Virus record (IMG/VR): IMGVR_UViG_3300032221_000476
Coordinates: 1 to 26,230 of that record
Source of the DNA: a virus
Taxonomy: Duplodnaviria; Caudoviricetes
Strand: one strand, 5' to 3'
Length of the DNA: 26,230 bases
Below are positions 9,362 to 17,686 of this stretch, piece after piece. A model generated the notes under the pieces. That model worked only from the letters and a program-made list of their open reading frames with translations. It was not told the origin of the DNA and made no database searches. The number at the start of each line of letters is the position of its first letter. Within the stretch, counting starts at the first letter, position 1. The position numbers and the translations under genes were made by a program.

Positions 9362-11018
9362 AATTAGTCCTAGAGTTGTAGTCATGGGACAGGAAGCCCG
9401 AGACAGAATTGTTAAAGGAGTTAACATTTTAGCTGATGCTGTTAAGGTAACTTTAGGTCCTAAAGGAAGAAATGTTATTATTCAGAGACAATTTGGTGCT
9501 CCACATATAACTAAGGATGGTGTTACAGTCGCTAAAGAAATCTTTCTAGAAGATAAGTTAGCAGACACCGGCGTTAGAATGATTAAGCAGGCCGCTAGTC
9601 AAACATCAAATGATATTGGAGATGGCACTACTACTGCTACTATTTTAGCTCAGGCTATGATTAGAGAAGGATTAAAGTTTGTTACAGCAGGAATTAGTCC
9701 TATTAATCTTAAGAGAGGTATTGATAAGGCAGTAGCAGCAATTGTTGACGAATTAGATAACATAAGCCAGGAATGCTCAGAAGAAAAAAGAATTGCTCAA
9801 GTAGCTTCTATCTCAGCTAATAATGATGAAGATATGGGAAAATTAATTGCTGAAGCATTAATAAAGGTCGGTCCGCTCGGCGCTGTCTCTGTAGAGAACG
9901 GTACTAGTCTTAAAGACGAACTAATAATTGTAAATGGTGTACAATATGAACAAGGATATTTAAGTCCGTACTTTGTTAATTCAGATAAGCAGAAATGTAT
10001 ATTAGAGAATCCTTATATTCTAATATGCGATCGTCCGATTCTTAATATGAATGACTGTATGGATATCCTAGAAAAGTTAGTACATACAAAAAGACCATTT
10101 CTTATTATGGCCGAAAGTATCGAAACAGATATTCTTGCTACTTTGGTTATTAATAATGTTAATGGTTCTATTCAGACTTGTGCAGTTCGTGGTCCTGATT
10201 GGAAGGGACCAAAGCGTAGTCAACTAATAGAAGACATTGCTATCCTAACCGGTGGTAAGGTTATTAGTGATGCTACAGGTAAACGTGTTGAAAATGCTGA
10301 ACTTGAAGATTGCGGACAATGTAATCGTGTTGAGATAACAGCACACACTACAACAATTATCGGTGGCCATGGTGATAAAGACAAGATAGAAGAAAGAATT
10401 AAGACAGTTAAGGAACATATAGAAAGCGGTGAAAGAGATACAGTTTTTAGCGATCAATCATTAGAAGATCGTCTTGCTCAACTAGCTGGTGGTATTGGAA
10501 TTATTCGTGTGGGACATGCTACTAAAATGGAGCTCGGTGAGAAGAAGGATCGTATTGACGATTCTCTACATGCTACAAAGGCTGCTATTAAAGAAGGTGT
10601 AGTTCCGGGCGGTGGTGTTGCTTATATTCGTGTAAAAGAAAAACTAAAAAACCTTAAAGGATCAAACACTGAACAAGATGCTGGCATACAGATAGTATTA
10701 AGAGCATTGGAAGAACCACTTAGAGCAATCGCTAATAATGCTGGTGATAGTCCAGACGTTATTGTTAACAAAGTTATCGAAGGCGATAACGAGTTTGGAT
10801 ACGATGCTAGTAACAGTTCATTTGGAAATATGTTTGAGATTGGTATTATTGATCCAACAAAGGTTTCTAAAATGGCCTTAATCAATGCTGCTAGTGTAGC
10901 TGGATTATTACTAATAACAGACTGTGCTATATACGAAGACGAGTATGAGCCGGATCTTAGAATTGCTGGTCCAAGTCCAGCAGCAGGACAGGAATTACCT
11001 CAACAATATGCTCAATAA
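9354..11018 (+). CDS. groEL: Chaperonin GroEL (Cpn60), phage-encoded and divergent
   Basis: TLGPKGRNV, TKDGVTVAKEI, GDGTTTAT, GYLSPYF, RIDDSLHATKAA, EGVVPGGG, GIIDPTKV. Start is probably ATG 9354 (SD GAGGGAG, overlapping the groES end). Confidence 0.97.
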   Translation: MSKISPRVVVMGQEARDRIVKGVNILADAVKVTLGPKGRNVIIQRQFGAPHITKDGVTVAKEIFLEDKLADTGVRMIKQAASQTSNDIGDGTTTATILAQAMIREGLKFVTAGISPINLKRGIDKAVAAIVDELDNISQECSEEKRIAQVASISANNDEDMGKLIAEALIKVGPLGAVSVENGTSLKDELIIVNGVQYEQGYLSPYFVNSDKQKCILENPYILICDRPILNMNDCMDILEKLVHTKRPFLIMAESIETDILATLVINNVNGSIQTCAVRGPDWKGPKRSQLIEDIAILTGGKVISDATGKRVENAELEDCGQCNRVEITAHTTTIIGGHGDKDKIEERIKTVKEHIESGERDTVFSDQSLEDRLAQLAGGIGIIRVGHATKMELGEKKDRIDDSLHATKAAIKEGVVPGGGVAYIRVKEKLKNLKGSNTEQDAGIQIVLRALEEPLRAIANNAGDSPDVIVNKVIEGDNEFGYDASNSSFGNMFEIGIIDPTKVSKMALINAASVAGLLLITDCAIYEDEYEPDLRIAGPSPAAGQELPQQYAQ

Positions 11019-11042
11019 AAAAGGCGCTTAAAGCGCCTTTTT
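11018..11042. terminator. Bidirectional rho-independent terminator
   Basis: aaaaaggcgctt-a-aagcgccttttt: GC stem with A-tract and T-tract on either side, between convergent groEL and the tail-assembly chaperone gene. Confidence 0.9.
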
Positions 11043-11044
11043 AC

Positions 11045-11485
11045 TTACTTTGGCTTTACTGGCCAATCAACGTCCCAAGGAAATCCTTCTTGAGCTGTCA
11101 TATCTCTAAGAGCTTGACGGTATTCTGCCCATTCAGTTTTTTGCTTATCTGATAGTCTTGCTTGGGTAACGGGTAGATCAGAAAAATCACTTTCTACTAG
11201 TAGTTTTAAACGCTTCTCTAGAGCAGCTTCTTCGAGTTTATACTGATCTGGGGGAATAGTAATATACCATTCTCCAGAACCGTCACGTACTTTACCAAAC
11301 TTTTCTTCTTTAAGAATTTTATACATTTCTCGTTGGAAGTCATCTTCGGCACGTTCCCAAGCATAAAATTCTACTGGGTTTTTACAACCTTTGAAAAGTA
11401 TAGTACACCAAATAGCATCGACACCCATCATTCCGGCTATTTTTGTGACTTCTACAATATCATCTACTGTAAATCTTTTTGACAT
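11045..11485 (-). CDS. Tail fibre assembly chaperone (Phage_tail_APC/Tfa-like)
   Basis: C-terminus RLKLLVESD...W.EYRQALRDMTAQEGFPWDVDWPVKP is the classic tail-assembly chaperone signature. The N-terminal F.A....D...REMY..L....FG.V is also Tfa-like. Start is probably ATG 11485 (SD GGGAG). Confidence 0.85.
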   Translation of the reverse strand: MSKRFTVDDIVEVTKIAGMMGVDAIWCTILFKGCKNPVEFYAWERAEDDFQREMYKILKEEKFGKVRDGSGEWYITIPPDQYKLEEAALEKRLKLLVESDFSDLPVTQARLSDKQKTEWAEYRQALRDMTAQEGFPWDVDWPVKPK

Positions 11486-11514
11486 AGTATCTCCCAACAT
11501 TAATAAATCACTGT

Positions 11515-12117
11515 TTATTTATACTTATCATTTCTCACGCCTAATCCAGATCTAGAATCATAAGCAAATTTTGGGTAATACGGCCCGTTAACATTAATGT
11601 AATGAAAAAATGCCTGTACTTGGTAACTGCCGGTCCCAGCGTCAAAAACATCTCTCCAGTGGTTAATTTCACATCCTCTATATATTATAGCATCTCCCGG
11701 GTCCTGATTAATAAGAGTTCCGGGCTCAACATACATTCCCCATTTATAATCAGGATCTTTTTGTGTATAATTAAATCCGAAGCATATAGTTGTGCTTATT
11801 TCACAACTTTCTCGATCTCGGTGAATATCAAGTTTCATACCAGGATGATATACACGATAATATGTATAAGTTGGACATAATTTTAATCCTGTGTTTTTCT
11901 CCATATGAGGATGTAAAAAATAAAGCATAGTTTCCATTAATGTATCGCTGTACACTGAATGTGCATTTTCTACTTGAGCTTCTTTTCCAATTTCTGGCGT
12001 AAATTCTGTTTCTTCTTTTAAAAGGGCATACTTGGTAATAATTCTACACAAATCAGTCGGTATCATTTTTTGAACTGCAACGTATTTGTTTTCACTAAAA
12101 AAGTCCGAGTTAGTCAT
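11515..12117 (-). CDS. 2OG-Fe(II) oxygenase-fold protein (phage 'HxDRxSCEIS' type)
   Basis: YYRVY..G..L.IHRDRESCEIS...GDAIIYRGCEINHWR...QAFFHY: HxD...H triad. Confidence 0.75.
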   Translation of the reverse strand: MTNSDFFSENKYVAVQKMIPTDLCRIITKYALLKEETEFTPEIGKEAQVENAHSVYSDTLMETMLYFLHPHMEKNTGLKLCPTYTYYRVYHPGMKLDIHRDRESCEISTTICFGFNYTQKDPDYKWGMYVEPGTLINQDPGDAIIYRGCEINHWRDVFDAGTGSYQVQAFFHYINVNGPYYPKFAYDSRSGLGVRNDKYK

Positions 12118-12902
12118 CTAAACGGAGCTCCTAAACTCCAGCAAACTAAACTGTACCTAGTTCCTCTAGTAATTGGAGTTACTTGATGAGGAATATGAGA
12201 AGGGAATACAATTACTGAGCCTCTTGGTCTGATTTCAGTACATGTGTGAAACCGATCCGAACGATGAGGGCCTAGATCAAATTGTAAATTTCCACCATCG
12301 TATTCTTTTGGATCATTTAAGCTAACAGTAACACTAATCTTTCTTATTTTTCCCATCATTTGGGGATTAGAAGTTTTATTATGATCTTCTGGCATAGTTT
12401 CTCCCATTTGATTATAAAAAGGAGTACCATCAGAATTTTTATGAATTGGATCAACTTCTGGATCAAATGGTTGATAAGGAATTGATGAAGAATCAGTATG
12501 CCAGCCATAAAACTGATTTATTCCGTATTTTGTAAATTGCATATCTTCAGTATAATCCCAATCAAAATTCCACTTGGCACGTTTATTAGCCTCAACTATA
12601 TAGGGCCATACAAGATCGTAAAGTTCAGAATTATTTAAGAATGTTACACTTGAATCTCTAATATAAATGTTATTAAGATCAATACCTTTTTTTACTAAGG
12701 ATTCTGTGGTCTCATGATTTGTTGGTATAGCATTAGTATCTTTATGTTTTTCTTTCCAGCCGCCGGTTGTCCCTATTAGTGCTTCTTCGCCATATTTCTT
12801 TTGTTCATCGAGCATCTTAGTTATACCCATTTCAAGTATTTGATCACAAATAGTTAAAGGTATAGCTGATTGAAAGTACCAATAGTGGTATTCTAATATC
12901 AC
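12114..12902 (-). CDS. 2OG-Fe(II) oxygenase, prolyl-4-hydroxylase/PKHD-like
   Basis: FYGWHTD...RKISVTVSLND..EYDGG.L...GSVIVFPS.IPHQVTPITRGTRYSLVCW: complete HxD...H...RxS set. GTG start overlapping the upstream TGA. Confidence 0.92.
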   Translation of the reverse strand: MILEYHYWYFQSAIPLTICDQILEMGITKMLDEQKKYGEEALIGTTGGWKEKHKDTNAIPTNHETTESLVKKGIDLNNIYIRDSSVTFLNNSELYDLVWPYIVEANKRAKWNFDWDYTEDMQFTKYGINQFYGWHTDSSSIPYQPFDPEVDPIHKNSDGTPFYNQMGETMPEDHNKTSNPQMMGKIRKISVTVSLNDPKEYDGGNLQFDLGPHRSDRFHTCTEIRPRGSVIVFPSHIPHQVTPITRGTRYSLVCWSLGAPFR

Positions 12903-13498
12903 TTAAATAACGCTCCGTGAATATGTCCGACTAAAACATACTTATTTCCCTTTGTAATTGGGGTTATACTGTAAGGAATATAAGAAGGAAAAATCAAACA
13001 AGATCCCTGTTCCTTTAAAAGAGAAGAGTCAGCATTGATATTTAAAAATTCAATATCCCCACCTTCATATTCGTTAGGATCATTTAAATTGATAATAAAT
13101 GTAATTTTTCTAGAAGGAGCCATTAGATTTAATTCCAAATGCATTTTATAGTAATCACCTTCTGAATATTTGAATACTTGAGGAAAATCTTGATCAATAA
13201 TACCTAATAAACTAAAATCATATATTTCGTCGTTTGCACTTTTAGTTACTTCTCTAATATTTAAAAATGGAAATCCTGCTGTATCACCTCTTAATTTTTG
13301 TCTTTTAGACTGATGAAGATTTGAATCTCCGATAACTGTCGATTGCAACCATAATTCTTCAACGCATGTAGATAATATATCTTTACAATCCTCTGTAGAG
13401 AATAAAACAGATTTATTAATTGACATAATTTCTAAAGAAGCTGTTTTTTTTGCTGCGTCTACAGCAGCATCGGTAAAATTACTATCAGTATTTGTCAT
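12899..13498 (-). CDS. 2OG-Fe(II) oxygenase paralogue, P4H/PKHD-like, with degenerate metal triad
   Basis: YYKMHLE...RKITFIINLNDPNEYEGGDIEF...LIFPSYIPYSITPITKGNKYVLV: same fold motifs as its neighbour, but HxE, distal His replaced by Tyr176, and Arg replaced by Lys. Confidence 0.8.
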   Translation of the reverse strand: MTNTDSNFTDAAVDAAKKTASLEIMSINKSVLFSTEDCKDILSTCVEELWLQSTVIGDSNLHQSKRQKLRGDTAGFPFLNIREVTKSANDEIYDFSLLGIIDQDFPQVFKYSEGDYYKMHLELNLMAPSRKITFIINLNDPNEYEGGDIEFLNINADSSLLKEQGSCLIFPSYIPYSITPITKGNKYVLVGHIHGALFK

Positions 13499-13519
13499 AA
13501 AACCCCCATTATTTTCTGA

Positions 13520-13574
13520 TATTTATTGTTAAAAAATCAACTTATTTTTTTTTCAAGCATATGATGGTTAAGTA
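13520..13574. promoter_or_regulatory. Divergent late-type promoter region
   Basis: tatttat at 13520-13526 (ATAAATA on minus) upstream of the 13498 ATG (SD GGGGG). tTAAGTA at 13568-13574 upstream of the 13595 ATG (SD AAGGA). Confidence 0.55.
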
Positions 13575-13594
13575 TTAATATAAAGGAATCAACG

Positions 13595-14197
13595 ATGTCT
13601 AATTTAGAATCTATTATATTACAAAAACCAATACATGTAAATGATAGAGAAAAAGAATTTATAGAAAAGTTTGTATTAGGCCCACATTTTCCTTGGTTTT
13701 GGCAAGATAAACAAACATTCGGTGATGAAGAAAATATACCAAAAGAGATAAAACCTCATATTAAATTTGACAATGGATCTTTTTTAAGTCATACTCTTTT
13801 AATACGAACAGAAGAAGAAAATGTCAAACATACTGAAAGACCTGCTAACGAAGTAAGTTCATATTTTGAATTCTTTCTTGAACTATTTCACAGATTTATG
13901 AGTGAAAATAATCTAAAATATAAAAATATATTTAGAGCTAATTTAAACCTTACATGGCATAATAGCGATTTGCATACAGCTCCTCATTTGGATCATCACT
14001 GGCCACACAACAATTTTATTATGTATCTTACATCATGTGACCAAGGACAAACGATTGTATGGCCTGATGACTTTTCTTACACTTATATGATTCCTAGTAT
14101 TCAATATACAGCAGTAACTTTTAAAGGGCACTGGCACGCTCAAAGATATCCCGCATCAGGATCTAAGAGATTAGTGCTTGTTGTAACATATATATAG
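13595..14197 (+). CDS. 2OG-Fe(II) oxygenase-fold protein ('FPW' phage subfamily)
   Basis: FPWF...RANLNL...APHLD...IMYL...GQT...F...WHA...RLVLV: HxD...H...R. Confidence 0.75.
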   Translation: MSNLESIILQKPIHVNDREKEFIEKFVLGPHFPWFWQDKQTFGDEENIPKEIKPHIKFDNGSFLSHTLLIRTEEENVKHTERPANEVSSYFEFFLELFHRFMSENNLKYKNIFRANLNLTWHNSDLHTAPHLDHHWPHNNFIMYLTSCDQGQTIVWPDDFSYTYMIPSIQYTAVTFKGHWHAQRYPASGSKRLVLVVTYI

Positions 14198-14215
14198 TTA
14201 GAAAAAGGTACTAAC

Positions 14216-15775
14216 ATGGATATAGTTATTGTCGGTGGTGGAACAGCAGGTTGGATTACTGCATTATTAGCAGCAAAAAGACATCCGAATCATAATGTTA
14301 AAGTAATTGAATCATCAAAAATAGGAGTAGTTGGAGTAGGAGAAAGCACTACAGGAAGATTTACCGATGTATTGATGAATATTTTCTATGATTTAGGTTG
14401 TGATATAAATGAATTTATATTAGAAACTGGTGCTACATTAAAGTTTGGGATCAAACACAAAGGATGGACTAACAATATAGATCAATATTATATTGGACCT
14501 ATAGACGGAAGTTGGACAAATACTAGTACTCCTGATCCTTTATTTGCTTGGGGACTTAATAACTTAGATTATTCTAAATTGTTAACAGCTTCGAAATGCG
14601 GATTTTTAACTTATCATGGTATGTCTTCGTTTAATAAACATGTAGGAACTTTTTTAGATCCTAGACAAGCAATGCATGTTGACGCTTACCAAGTAGGCCA
14701 ATATTTTAAAAAGTTATGTCTTAGATGTGCTAACTTAGAATTTATCGACGGAGAAGTTGTAAAAGTTGCTCTCAACTCCGAAACAGGAAATATCGCAAGT
14801 GTTGATTTAAGTGATGATCGAACAATTAATGGAGATATGTTTATTGATTGTTCTGGATTTCATAAGATTTTAATTAATGCGTTAGGAGGTAAGTGGATTA
14901 GTTATCAAAAAAATCTACCTCTTAATACTGCTATTCCTTTTTGGTTAGAATACGAAGATGGTGAAGTTCCGGATATTTCTACTACAGCCTGGGCGCAAAA
15001 AAATGGCTGGATGTGGCAAATTCCGTTAATGGATCGTAGAGGTTGTGGATATGTATTTTGCGATGCGTATACAACCCCAGAAAAAGCACAAGAAGAAGTT
15101 GAAATAATTTTAGGTAAAAAAGTTGATATTCGTAAAGTTATAAAGTTTGACGCAGGAAGACAAGAAAAATCATGGATAAAAAATTGTGTTACTATAGGCT
15201 TAAGTTCTGCTTTTCTTGAGCCATTAGAAGCAACATCAATCCATTCGTCAATTGTACAAGCTCAAACTTTTATATTTGAATTCTTAAAATCCACAATTGA
15301 CGAAACATTAAATGATGGTTCAAGAAATATCTATAACAAAAGAACTAGTAGAATGTATGATGATATCAAAGAATTTTTAATTATGCATTACATGGGTGGT
15401 AGAGATGATAGTGAATTTTGGAAGTATATTAAAACTGGAGTTACTAAAACTGACTATGTGAATGATATATTAGAAATGGCAAAAACTAGAGTTCCTTCAA
15501 TACATGATTTTCCTTCCTATGATGGATCAGCTGGATGGCCACTGTATAGTTATGTAATGGCTGGATTACATCTTATAAGCAAAGAAGCAGCTAAAAAAGA
15601 TTTACAATTAGATTTACCCGATTACGGACCATTAGAACCAATTACTGCTATTACATATTACGATCTACAAGATCAATGGAGGGCAGAATCTACAAATTTA
15701 TATACATATAAAGAATTTATAAATTATTTTAGAAATTTAAGGTACGAGAATGGATTTTCAGATAAAAAATATTAA
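14216..15775 (+). CDS. Flavin-dependent halogenase 1 (tryptophan halogenase family)
   Basis: GGGTAG FAD motif, GVGES, ATLKFGI (catalytic Lys position), FIDCSG, WMWQIP (WxWxIP), FLEPLEATSI. Confidence 0.92.
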   Translation: MDIVIVGGGTAGWITALLAAKRHPNHNVKVIESSKIGVVGVGESTTGRFTDVLMNIFYDLGCDINEFILETGATLKFGIKHKGWTNNIDQYYIGPIDGSWTNTSTPDPLFAWGLNNLDYSKLLTASKCGFLTYHGMSSFNKHVGTFLDPRQAMHVDAYQVGQYFKKLCLRCANLEFIDGEVVKVALNSETGNIASVDLSDDRTINGDMFIDCSGFHKILINALGGKWISYQKNLPLNTAIPFWLEYEDGEVPDISTTAWAQKNGWMWQIPLMDRRGCGYVFCDAYTTPEKAQEEVEIILGKKVDIRKVIKFDAGRQEKSWIKNCVTIGLSSAFLEPLEATSIHSSIVQAQTFIFEFLKSTIDETLNDGSRNIYNKRTSRMYDDIKEFLIMHYMGGRDDSEFWKYIKTGVTKTDYVNDILEMAKTRVPSIHDFPSYDGSAGWPLYSYVMAGLHLISKEAAKKDLQLDLPDYGPLEPITAITYYDLQDQWRAESTNLYTYKEFINYFRNLRYENGFSDKKY

Positions 15776-16400
15776 AGATGAAATTCTCTTAATAGATAAT
15801 ATAGTTCCTAAATCTTTACAGGATTCTATTATTACTAGAGTACAAGGTGATCAACATTTTCCGTGGTTCCTTCTTCATAGAATAGGACATCCAGATCATT
15901 ATGGTATTGGAACAACTCCAGATTATGTTGATCCTAATATTACAGATGATGTTGGATTCTTTCATATGGCTTTTGACGGTGGATCGTATTCTCCGCACTA
16001 TGATTTTTTTAAATCGATATTAGATTTTTTTACAGATAAAACAGGTATAGAAGTTAAAGAAATATTAAGAATTAGATTAAGGTATACACATAAAGGACAA
16101 GGTCATACAGCATTTAAATATGCTGCGCCGCATGTTGACTTTAATACTAATAGCCCATATAATACATTAATTTATTATGTAGACGATAGTGATGGTGATA
16201 CAATTATTTTTAATAAAATTTTTAATACTAACGAAGAAATATACAATCCAGCATTAGCAGATCCGTTACCTGAGTTGTTACGTATAACCCCTAAGAAAGG
16301 AACAGGATTATTTTTTAATGGACATAGATATCACTCTGGAAATTATCCAGTAGAATATAGTTCAAGAATAATAATTAACTTTGATTTTGAAATATTATGA
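15750..16400 (+). CDS. 2OG-Fe(II) oxygenase-fold protein ('FPW' subfamily)
   Basis: IDNIVP...FPWF...RIRL...APHVD...YYVDDSDGDT...PKKG..LFFNG.RYHSG...RIIINFDF. Confidence 0.8.
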   Translation: MDFQIKNIKDEILLIDNIVPKSLQDSIITRVQGDQHFPWFLLHRIGHPDHYGIGTTPDYVDPNITDDVGFFHMAFDGGSYSPHYDFFKSILDFFTDKTGIEVKEILRIRLRYTHKGQGHTAFKYAAPHVDFNTNSPYNTLIYYVDDSDGDTIIFNKIFNTNEEIYNPALADPLPELLRITPKKGTGLFFNGHRYHSGNYPVEYSSRIIINFDFEIL

Positions 16401-17056
16401 CTGAATACCATCCTTATCAAAATTACTTAATTTGTAGAGACAATTATTTTGAGAAACCCCAGGATGTTGTTAAGATGTCTACATCGTTAAATTTTTCTAG
16501 ATCTACATATTATCCTGGAAGAAGAACTGGAAACTTATTAGGATTTGAGGAGCCTGAAATAAAACAATTTGCTGATTGGTTTGCTAATAGAATTAGTCTT
16601 GATGTTTTTCCAGGAATAAGAATGTTTGAATTATTTCTTTGTTTTCATATAAACGATCCTGTAGAGTATCCCTATTATAACAGAGGGTGGATTCATACTG
16701 ATTATGGTAATTTAGCAGGTTTAGTGTATCTTACAGAGAATGAATGTAATTTTGATACAGGAACATCTATTTTTGATCCTGCTCTTGATAATATAGATGA
16801 TATTCAAGAGCTACCTGACGACAAAGAAGCTTTGAAAAACTTTTATCTTCATGATAAACTTACAGAAGAATATGTTATTGGATTTGAAAATAATTTAAAA
16901 TTATTTGAAGATAAAGAAACTATTAGAATAGGAAATAAATTTAATCGACTAATTGCTTATGATTCTAAGTTATGGCATAGACCTAATAGTTTTGTTACAG
17001 AAACAGGTACACCTAGATTATCATTACTTTTCTTTGTTTCACAATTTAATTATTAG
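16397..17056 (+). CDS. 2OG-Fe(II) oxygenase-fold protein (DUF6445-like)
   Basis: DNYFEKP..V...YPGRRT...GWIHTD...AGLVYL...GTS...FNRLIAYDSKLWH...RLSLLFF: HxD...H...R. Confidence 0.75.
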   Translation: MTEYHPYQNYLICRDNYFEKPQDVVKMSTSLNFSRSTYYPGRRTGNLLGFEEPEIKQFADWFANRISLDVFPGIRMFELFLCFHINDPVEYPYYNRGWIHTDYGNLAGLVYLTENECNFDTGTSIFDPALDNIDDIQELPDDKEALKNFYLHDKLTEEYVIGFENNLKLFEDKETIRIGNKFNRLIAYDSKLWHRPNSFVTETGTPRLSLLFFVSQFNY

Positions 17057-17670
17057 GAAAAATTAAAGGCTAAAGATACTCTATCACTGTCGAGATCGTC
17101 AGTTAAATTCTGTTCTACATAGTGTGTTAAATAACTTGGAAATAATATTAAAAGTCCTTCATAAGGTACAAACCAATGTTCACAATTAATTCTATTATTA
17201 TCAACATTCATTCCTTTATTAGATAATACTGATGTAATAAAATTCATTCGATCACATTCTGTATTAGACCTTAAGAAAAATATTTTCCCACTGTTAGTAG
17301 GAATTTTTAAATAAAAAACTCCACTTAGAAAACAGTTTGGATGATTGTGTTCTTGATTATATGAATATTTAGGGTTGATATTATACCAATAACTTACATT
17401 GTTCATATCAGAAGGTAATCCCCATTCTTTAGATATTCTTTTACCTATTGGAATTACTAAATTCTCAAATAATTTCATAGTTTCTAAACAATCATAGTTA
17501 GGAGATTTTAAAGAATGAGATTGATACCCTCCAGCATTACTAAGTTGATTGCCTTTTTGAGTTTGTTTAATAGAATTTACAGATTCAATTATTTTGTTTC
17601 TATCAACATCTTTTAGGTAAGTAGTGTAACATGAAGTTACAAATAAAAGTGTTTCTTGTAGTTCTATCAT
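17053..17670 (-). CDS. 2OG-Fe(II) oxygenase, TIGR02466/2OG-FeII_Oxy_5-like (HxH)
   Basis: WYNIN...NQEHNHP..FLSGVFYLKIP..SG.I.F...P.EGLLILFPSYLTHYV...RVSLAFN. Confidence 0.88.
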   Translation of the reverse strand: MIELQETLLFVTSCYTTYLKDVDRNKIIESVNSIKQTQKGNQLSNAGGYQSHSLKSPNYDCLETMKLFENLVIPIGKRISKEWGLPSDMNNVSYWYNINPKYSYNQEHNHPNCFLSGVFYLKIPTNSGKIFFLRSNTECDRMNFITSVLSNKGMNVDNNRINCEHWFVPYEGLLILFPSYLTHYVEQNLTDDLDSDRVSLAFNFS

Positions 17671-17675
17671 AGGGA

Positions 17676-17683
17676 TATTTATT
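17676..17683 (-). promoter_or_regulatory. Late-type promoter directly abutting a start codon (leaderless candidate)
   Basis: Minus strand reads AATAAATA-TCCCT-ATG, with no SD between the motif and the ATG. Confidence 0.6.
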
Positions 17684-17686
17684 GTT

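Noticed and set aside
9050-11018. groESL as evidence that the window is bacterial chromosome
   Set aside because: Flanked by T4-like neck/tail genes and a tail chaperone; divergent sequence; no CIRCE or heat-shock promoter seen in the 37-bp upstream gap.
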